In this document: positions 54,570 to 64,000 of the stretch, in pieces
Layout: every line of letters begins with the position of its first letter
Position numbering within the stretch: position 1 is the stretch's first letter
NCBI RefSeq assembly: GCF_002113885.1
Contig: NW_018408848.1
Span: forward strand, 316,300 to 380,299
DNA: 64,000 bases
Direction of reading: 5' to 3'
Source: Mizuhopecten yessoensis
Taxonomy: Eukaryota
The notes under the pieces: generated by a model
Databases searched by the model: none
What the model saw: the letters and a program-made list of their open reading frames with translations, nothing else
What the model was told of the DNA's origin: nothing
Made by a program: the position numbers and the translations under genes

Positions 54570-57500
54570 ACATCTCTACAATGTTGACACCTTTTTATAC
54601 TGGAAATATCTACAATGTTGACACCAGTCTTATACTGGATATTTCTACAATGTTGAAATGCTGACACCTCTTATACTGGATATTTCTACAATGTTGAAAT
54701 GGTGACACCTCTTGTACTGGATATTTCTACAAAGTTGAAATGTCGACACCTCTTATACTGAAAATCTCTACAATGTTGACACCTTTATATACTGGAAATA
54801 TCTACAATGTTTAGACCATTCTTATACTGGATATTTCTACAATGTGGAAAGGCTGACACCTCTTATACTGGAAATCCCAACAATGTTGACACCAGTCTTA
54901 TACTGGATATTTCTACAATGTTGAAATGGTGACACCTCTTGTACTGGATATTTCTACAAAGTTGAAATGTTGACACCTCTTATACTGAAAATCTCTACAA
55001 TGTTGACACCTCTTATACTGAACATCTCTACAATGTTGACACTTATTAAACTGGATATCTCTACAATGTTGACATCTTTTATACCTGAAACTCTACAATG
55101 TTGACACCTTTTATACTGGAAATCTCAACAATGTTGACATCTTTTATACTGGACATCTCTACAATGTTGACATCTTTTATACTGAAAATCTCTACAATGT
55201 TGACACCTCTTATACTGAACATCTCTGCAATGTTGACACTTATTAAACTGGATGTCTCTACAATGTTGACATCTTTTATCCTGGAAATCTCTACAATGTT
55301 GACACATTTTATACTGGACATCTGTACAATGTTGTCACCTTTTACACTGAACATCTCTACACTGTTTAAATTACAATGTTGACACCTTTTATACTGAACA
55401 TCTCTACACTGTTTAAACCTTTTATACTGGAAATCTCTACAACGTTGACACCTTTTATACTGGAAATCTCAACAATGTTGACATCTTTTATACTGGAAAT
55501 CTCTTCAATGTTGACACCTTTTATACTGGACATCTGAACAATGTTGACACCTTTTACACTGAACATCTCTACACTGTTTAAATTACAATGTTGACACCTT
55601 TTATACTGGACATCTCTACAATGGTGACACCATTTATACTGGACATCTCTACAATGTCGACATCTTTTATACTGGACATCTCTACAATATTGACATCTTT
55701 TATACTGGACATCTCTACAATGTCGACATCTTTTATACTGGACATCTCTACAATGTTTACATCTTTTATACTGGACATCTCTACAATGTTGACACCTTTG
55801 ATACTGGAAATCTCTACAATGTTGACCCCTTTTATACTGGACATCTCTACGATGTTGACATCTTTTATACTGGAAATCTCTTCAATGTTGACACCTTTTA
55901 TACTGGACATCTGTACAATGTTGACACCTTTTATACTGAACATCTCTACAATGTTGACATCTTTTATACTGAAAATCTCTACAATGTTGACACCTCTTAT
56001 ACTGAACATCTCTGCAATGTTGACACTTATTAAACTGGATATCTCTACAATGTTGACATCTTTTATACTGGATATCTCTACAATGTTGAAATGTTGACAC
56101 CTCTTATACTGAAAATCTCTACAATGTTGACACCTCTTATACTGAACATCTCTACAATGTTGACATCTTTTATACTGGAAATCTCTTCAATGTTGACACC
56201 TTTTATACTGGATATCTCTACCATGTTGACACCTTTTATACTGGAAATATCTACAATGTTGACACCTTTTATACAGGAAATCTCAACAATGTTGACATCT
56301 TTTATACTGGATATCTCTACAATGTTGACATCTTTTATCCTGGAAATCTCTACAATGTTGACACATTTTATACTGGACATCTGTACAATGTTGACACCTT
56401 TTATACTGAACATCTCTACACTGTTTAAACCTTTTATACTGGAAATCTCTACAACGTTGACACCTTTTATACTGGAAATCTCAACAATGTTGACATCTTT
56501 TATACTGGATATCTCTACAATGTTGACATCTTTTATCCTGGAAATCTCTACAATGTTGACACATTTTATACTGGACATCTGTACAATGTTGTCACCTTTT
56601 ACACTGAACATCTCTACACTGTTCAAATGTTGAAACCTCTTATAATGAAAATCTCTACGATGTTGACACCTTTTATACTGGAAATATCTACAATGTTGAC
56701 ACCTTTTATACTGAACATCTCTACAATGTTGACACTTATTAAACTGGATATCTCTACAATGTTGACACCCTTTATACTGGAAATCTCTACAATGTTGACA
56801 CATTTTATACTGGACATCTGTACAATGTTGTCACCTTTTACACTGAACATCTCTACACTGTTTAAATGTTAAAACCTCTTATAATGAAAATTTCTACAAT
56901 GTTGACACCTTTTATACAGGAAATCTCAACAATGTTGACATCTTTTATACTGGAAATCTCTTCAATGTTGTCACCTTTTATACTGGATATCTCTACAATG
57001 TTGACATCTTTTATCCTGGAAATCTCTACAATGTTGACACATTTTATACTGGACATCTGTACAATGTTGTCACCTTTTACACTGAACATCTCTACGCTGT
57101 TTAAATGTTGAAACCTCTTATAATGAAAATCTCTACGATGTTGACACCTTTTATACTGGACATCTCTACGATGTTGACACCTTTTATACTGGACATCTGT
57201 ACAATGTTGACACCTTTTACACTGAACATCTCTACACTGTTTAAATGTTGAAACCTCTTATAATGAAAATTTCTACAATGTTGACACCTTTTATACTGGA
57301 CATCTCTACGATGTTGACACCTTTTATACTGGACATCTCTACAATGTTGACACCTTTTATACTGGACATCTCTACGATGTTGACACCTTTTATACTGGAC
57401 ATCTCTACAATGTTGACACCTTTTATACTGGAAATCTCTACAATGTTGACACCTTTTACACTGGAAATCTCTACAATGTTGACACCTTTTATACTGGACA

Positions 57501-58205
57501 TCTCTACGATGTTGACATCTTTTATACTGGAAATCTGTACAATGTGGACACCTTTTACACTGGAAATCTCTACAATGTGGACACCTTTTACACTGGAAAT
57601 CTCTACAATGTTGACACCTTTTATACTGGAAATCTCTACAATGTTGACATCTTTTATACTGGATATCTCTACAATGTTGACACCTTTTATACTGGAAATC
57701 TCTACAATGTTGACACCTTTTGTTAGTGGTGGGAATCGGTTAAGATTTCAACATTGATGATGGGATATAATCGGTTAGTGTCAACCGATCATTTTTCGAT
57801 TATTAATCGGTAAGCCTACCATTACATAATCCTTGAAAAAATAACACTTTTTGTTTTTAACAATGGCATGGCTTTTCCTTGTATTAATACTACTATTGAA
57901 ATTTCAACTTTGAAGCAAACCTTAACATTTTTTTTTTTGTAATTAATTATGTTTAAATAGCATGGTTGGTAAGAAGTTATAGTTTAGAGTAAAATGACAT
58001 AGAACTCCCGTTCTCTCTTAGTGAAAATGAAAGTATAGAACTCGCACTTCCTGTTTTGAAAACAATCATCGATGTTGACATCTCATAATCGATTGTCGGG
58101 AATCGGTTGCCTTTCCGTTTAGATAAAGATTATAATCGATCATCGGGACAACACTTCCTTTTATACTGGACATCTCTACAATGTTGACACCTTTTATACT
58201 GGACA
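54570..58205. repeat. 33-bp minisatellite (ACAATGTTGACACCTTTTATACTGGACATCTCT), ~90 copies, interrupted at 57722-58156
   Basis: Produces the 11-aa periodic ORFs (MLTPFILDIST and its antisense); variants with extra GAAATGTT or CTGTTTAA recur. Confidence 0.97.
57722..58156. mobile_element. MITE-like insertion within the 33-bp array
   Basis: The array stops at CACCTTTT and resumes at CCTTTTATACTGG. The ends TAGTGGTGGGAATCGG and CGATCATCGGGACAACACT are imperfectly inverted, and AATCGG/CCGAT motifs cluster subterminally. Confidence 0.65.
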
Positions 58206-59636
58206 TTTTTCTAGACCTTTAGACCTATGTAAACACTTTGTAATAAACACCTCTGTGATGTACAGAGAGAGGATCATCAGTCAAAACTCTTGTTTCAATA
58301 ATTCTGTAATCTAGTGAACTGAAATGACATCTTTAATGTAAACTGGCTTTACAATACATAGATCACCTGAAATTACCTGTACAGTGGACCTGGAGACACA
58401 AGGCTAAAGTAAGACAGCCTGCTCAGCGTGATAAGCAACTCGCAAAGCATCTCCTTATACTCTACAGTGTATCTGCATCAGGATCATTACCAGGAAAAGG
58501 CACAGGTCAGATTGGGTGACTTTGATGATAATGACATTAAGATGCATCGAGATACCTTTACCTTGGATGAAGCAATAAATACTGTAATAATAGATTGTGG
58601 AATGTATCTTCGTGTCTACAAGTCTTTGTTTTAGATTTATTGTAGTATTGGAACATTTTGTATGACAGAGAAGATACAAATCTGAATCTCACGACTTATT
58701 TATGTGAGGTATCTCACAGAACTACCTGAACCAGGTGTAACAGGAGTGTACATACAATTGTACCTGGGTGTATATAACCTCGTCACAATGTCACATTCCA
58801 TTTGCTTGTACCTTATCAACAATGTTGTAATAGAAACTGCATGTCAAGTATACAAGCTTCAATCAATGCCATAAATATTACTGATTTTTCCAGTCTCTTT
58901 CCATATTTGCATGTATAAACATTATTTAATGTAAATTTTAGTATTTGTACACTTCAAACTTTATTTGTTCATGCCATCCAGCCTAACATTCTGCGTAACA
59001 CAGTAATCAATATTGTATATCCAAAATCACATGTCTTTGCTTTCTAAAATTACATCCTGAAAATGGCAGAACATCTAAATAGTGCATGTTGTCACCAATA
59101 ATCACAAGAAATAACTCATTAAACTTAAAACTTCATATATTAGTTCAATATTAAATTCTACATTGGTAGTGTGATTTTTCCTAATATAATATGAGTTAGA
59201 TATATAACAAATACATATATGTGCCTTGAATATTTTCAATAACATCTGGACTTGTTTTTATGACAGTCCCTGATACTATGTCTGTGAAACACTGATGCTG
59301 CAATACAGAGTAAACAAGCTGTATTTGTTCTGGTTTAATACTGGGGAACACGAGTCGTGGTCGACTGTAGTAACAATGGGTACACAATGACTGGGTGTTA
59401 TTATCACCGTATACCTATTACCATGACAATGGCGACCATAACCCTGTATAACTCCCTGTCTATTGTACACTGGGGCCAGGCATCCCACATTTACATTTAT
59501 GTGCCGAGGACAGAAAATAGTCACAGTAGCCATCGACCACAACAAAATTATGCATGCAAAAAAGGAGTGACATCTTGCAGAATTCTACAAAATGTTGAAA
59601 ATGCTGTTGCAGCTTTGTAACTCAAAACTGAAATTT

Positions 59637-59823
59637 CGCCAAATGTTAACATTATCATTGGGATCTATATAACCTCTGATCAGACAAATGTTAACATTAT
59701 CATTGGGATCTATATAACCTATGATCAGACAAATGTTAACATTATCATTGGGATCTATATAACCTCTGAGCAGACAAATGTTAACATTATCATTGGGATC
59801 TATATAACCTCTGATCAGACAAA
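59637..59823. repeat. 45-bp tandem repeat x4 (CAAATGTTAACATTATCATTGGGATCTATATAACCTCTGATCAGA)
   Basis: Seen directly. Confidence 0.93.
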
Positions 59824-60073
59824 TTTTGTGTAGTTTATGAATGGGTAATAAACAGTGATTGCAAGTAACTACAGANCATTGGGATCTATATAACCTCTGA
59901 TCAGACAAATTTTGTGTAGTTTATGAATGGGTAATATGTACAACATATCACTGGTATGTCACCTTCATATAAACAACTTATGATATATGGTACACAATGT
60001 ATTGCACAAATTATTTTTCAATTTATTGCATAAGGAAATTACACAGGTACTGTACCTTTATACACCAGGGCAA

Positions 60074-60743
60074 TGTATCCCTAACAGTGATTGCAAGTAA
60101 CTACAGTACATTTGTATCGCTGACCGAGATTGTAAGTAATTACAGTATATGTGTATCCCTGACAGTGATTGTAATTACAGTACATCTGTATCCCTGACAG
60201 TGATTGTAATTACAGTACATCTGTATCCCTGACAGTGATTGTAATTACAGTACATCTGTATCCCTGACAGTGATTGTAATTACAGTACATCTGTATCCCT
60301 GACAGTGATTGTAATTACAGTACATCTGTATCCCTGACAGTGATTGTAATTACAGTACATCTGTATCCCTGACAGTGATTGTAATTACAGTACATCTGTA
60401 TCCCTGACAGTGATTGTAATTACAGTACATCTGTATCCCTGACAGTGATTGTAATTACAGTACATCTGTATCCCTGACAGTGATTGTAATTACAGTACAT
60501 CTGTATCCCTGACAGTGATTGTAATTACAGTACATCTGTATCCCTGACAGTGATTGTAATTACAGTACATCTGTATCCCTGACAGTGATTGTAATTACAG
60601 TACATCTGTATCCCTGACAGTGATTGTAATTACAGTACATCTGTATCCCTGACAGTGATTGTAATTACAGTACATCTGTATCCCTGACAGTGATTGTAAT
60701 TACAGTACATCTGTATCCCTGACAGTGATTGTAATTACAGTAT
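60074..60743. repeat. Perfect 35-bp array (TGTATCCCTGACAGTGATTGTAATTACAGTACATC), ~17 copies, preceded by two 39-bp diverged monomers
   Basis: Seen directly. Confidence 0.97.
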
Positions 60744-61124
60744 GTTACAATTGATTTTTGGTGTATTGCAATTGCAATCTTTTTATCTATACAATTTCTA
60801 ACATTGATATGTTCTTGTCAAAGTTTTAATTAAAAAATTCTTTTGAAATATTAGGACAGTTTCCAATAATTAAAATCATTTTGCCAATGACTGTATTTCA
60901 GCATGCACAGATGTACAATATGTATGTCTTACATCTGTTTATTTCATCAATAACTCCGACAATAAACGTCAAAACACACATTTATAACATTCAGCATATA
61001 AATGACCGATTATTCTAACAATGCCCACTAAGATGTATTTTACTTTAATTTTTCCTCTAATTTAAATGTATCCAGCACATGAAATATTTTGATATCTTTA
61101 TAAAGAAATTTTAGACAAATTTAA

Positions 61125-61960
61125 AGTATTATCACTTTGTCAGGATCGAGGCAAGCAACAACACTGATCCGTGAAAGTAACAAAGCTACATTCACTAGTA
61201 TCACTTTGTCTGGACCCAGAATGCAGTAACAAAGCTAGTGTTATCACTTTGTCTGGACCCAGAATGCAGTAACAAAGCTAGTATTATCACTTTGTCTGGA
61301 CCCCGAATGCAGTAACAAAGCTAGTGTTATCACTTTGTCTGGACCCATAATTCAGTAACAAAGCTAGTGTTATCACTTTGTCTGGACCCATAATTCAGTA
61401 ACAAAAGCTTAAGCTAGTATTATCAATTTGTCTGGACCCAGAATGCAGTAACAAAGCTAGTGTTATCACTTTGTCTGAACCCAGCATGCAGTAACAGAGC
61501 TAGTGTTATCACTTTTTCTGAACCCAGAATGCAGTAACAAAGTTAGTGTTATCACTTTGTCTGGACCACAGAATGCAGTAACAAAGCTAGTGTTATCACT
61601 TTGTCTGGACCCAGAATGCAGTAACAAAGCTAGTGTTATTACTTTGTCTGAACCCAGAATGAAGTAACAAAGTTAGTGTTATCACTTTGTCTGGACCCCG
61701 AATGCTGCTCAGAGTAACAAAGCTAGTGTTATCACTTTGTCTGGGCCCAGAATGCAGTAACAAAGCTAGTGTTATCTCTTTGTCTGGGCCCAGAATGCAG
61801 TAACAAAGCTAGTGTTATCACTTTGTATGAACCCAGAATGCAGTAACGAAGCTAGTGTTATCACTTTGTCTGGACCCAGCATGCAGTAACAGAGCTAGTG
61901 TTATCACTTTGTCTGGACCCAGAATGCAGTAACAAAGCTAGTGTTATCACTTTGTCTGGC
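61125..61960. repeat. 43-bp minisatellite (AGTGTTATCACTTTGTCTGGACCCAGAATGCAGTAACAAAGCT), ~18 copies
   Basis: Visible period. Confidence 0.96.
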
Positions 61961-63686
61961 CTCTAGAAAGTATGCCTATTGATATCTCTCATGACCTTAA
62001 CTTGCTGAGTACTCTTACGTTGTATACCAAAATATCTAAACCACTGAAGAATTATTCACACAATTCTCAAAATACAGTTACAATAGGCAATGCGACAAGT
62101 TACCATACAGACTTATTTTAGTGTTTATCAGTGTAAAACCAGTCCACAAATACATACAGGTGCTGTAGCAACTTTAGACTTAAGATAAGAGGATTGTATT
62201 TCTATAGAGTGCATGCATCACAGATTAAAAACACTGCGTAGACCAGATAATCACAATATCACATTTGAGAGAGACTTTAAATGCCCACACGTGTCAACTT
62301 CAAAGCACATCATTATAAGCTAAGTAAACCAGAGGCTTTTAAAGCATTGATAAAGCTGCTACTAATTTTGTTAAAATCTTAATTTCAAGCAAAATCAATA
62401 TGACATGTACTTCAAAAACTACAACTGAGAACTGTCACATTTAGGTATAGCTTTACCAAGAACTGAGATAGTTCTATTTATCAAGTACATATGGTTATAA
62501 CTACCAGTATTGCAAAAGCATACATGCCAGAATTCTTCGAGACCAATCTGTGAGATTTACAATCATTTTAAGGGAATTGAGGTGAAAATAAGGGAGGTTT
62601 TATTTGCAGCGTTTTTCACGGCAAACATACTAGCTAACTCAACTGAATTAATGAAATAAAGCACAAAATCTTAAAGTAAGGAACTTTGTTTTGACTTTGG
62701 CAGTTTTGTTTTGTATATATATTGAATATGATTATATACATTTAATAGCACAAAGTTAACAAAACAAAATATTACATAGTTGAGATATACTGAAGAAGCA
62801 GATTTTACTTTAAATTTCGAATTTTCTTTCCCTTCTAAGAAACTGATTTATATATAACAATTTGGACAGATTTGTTTCCTCTTCTATGAACTTCTATTAT
62901 AAGTTGCTTTCATAATGCATTTCACTTGTGTTAGATTTACCTCCCCTTATAAAAACCCACTTCGAATTCGCCTGCTTTAATGGAACATTTAAATTTTTGA
63001 GTGTTATCTATTTAAATATGAATTCATTACTGTGTGCCATCAGTCAATGAATATAAACGATTTTAAGATTAGTTAATCCAATATCATGTACTTAAAACTG
63101 GTAGGGGCTACCAGGTATTCATGAAATTGTTAATCAATTTTTTAGTGTGGAATTCCTTTGGAAATAGATGCACTTTACAGCAAGTAAGCATACATCTTTA
63201 ATGTGTAGTTTTAACTATCAGATTCTGTTTCTGGTATATATGCATAGGGTCAATTTCGAAATCATTAAGTTGTGGCTTGTAATTACACTTCAAATTGTAA
63301 TAACAGCACACGTCTCTAACTTCTAGTTATAATCAATCAATTAAACTTTGAAATTAGAAAAAAATAAATAATTAGAAGTATAATTATTTTAAAATGGAAC
63401 ATTTCACAGTCTGCAGGCAGTATAGTCTTTTAACAACAAAATGAGGCTACCAGGTAATGTACATTTGTTATAATATTTTTTATATGTTATTTTTGCTTCA
63501 AAACATATACAATCTATAGTATGGCAGCGCAACGATATCACATTGCTAAGAACGGTAGTACATCATCAGAACATTAGCAAACATTTTTGCAACGGCAGGC
63601 GACGGTAGAAAGTTTTTAAAATACTCAAAACTTTCCGCTGTTGTGCTGCTGGAGCGAGCAACAGGACTACAACAGCAGAACATTGA

Positions 63687-64000
63687 CAGTACTCCGGTAT
63701 AGCTTCGTTAAGGTCGGTAGAGCACCGATAGCATCCTGTCATTGTGTACGGTACTCCGGTATAGCTTCGTTTAAGTCGGTAGAGTACCAATAGCGTCCTG
63801 TCATTGTGTACAGTACTCCGATATAGCTTCGTTTAAGTGGGTAGAGTACCAAATGCGTCCTGTCATTATGTACAGTACTCCGGTAAGGCTTCGTTAAAGT
63901 CGGTAGAGTACCAATAGCGTCCCGTCATTGTGTACGGTACTCCGGTATAGCTTCGTTAAAGTCGGTAGAGCACCGATAGCATCCCGTCATTGTGTACAAT
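63687..64000. repeat. 62-bp GC-richer tandem repeat running off the window end
   Basis: C[A/G]GTACTCCGGTATAGCTTCGTT recurs every 62 bp (63687, 63749...). Confidence 0.93.

Noticed and set aside
55079-57757. Many periodic ORFs (MLTPFILDIST / SSIKGVNIVEI) resembling LRR or beta-solenoid proteins
   Set aside because: Translations of a 33-bp minisatellite, open in several frames and both strands and broken by frequent indels.
59850-59935. Rearranged duplication next to the 45-bp repeat
   Set aside because: Centred on a single N (59876) and stitched from neighbouring sequences; probably an assembly join artefact.

Overview
Eukaryotic, AT-rich genomic DNA, not prokaryotic. The repeat repertoire (tRNA/V-domain SINEs, a Helentron-derived HINE, Penelope/CR1/RTEX relics) points to a bivalve mollusc; this is inference. 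About 18 kb (~28%) is made of ~20 unrelated minisatellite arrays with 20-78 bp units, and these generate almost all long ORFs in the supplied track. The one well-supported gene is on the minus strand: the 3' part of a taperin/phostensin (TPRN/PPP1R18)-family PP1-targeting protein. It comprises exon 43250-43508 (LKISFNDK...HEYQSE) spliced to terminal exon 40528-40718 (...GTFGGYKSKMSVDF...SSADLLF*). Two in-frame, phase-compatible candidate alternative first exons lie in the upstream intron (46466-46681 and 48397-48435). A putative ~7.6 kb 3'UTR carries miR-1/miR-133 seed matches and a near-perfect 38x32-bp array. An orphan minus-strand exon at 24493-24600 may start a second gene. No CRISPR, rRNA or intact tRNA genes were seen. 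Family assignments are from recalled motifs, not database searches.
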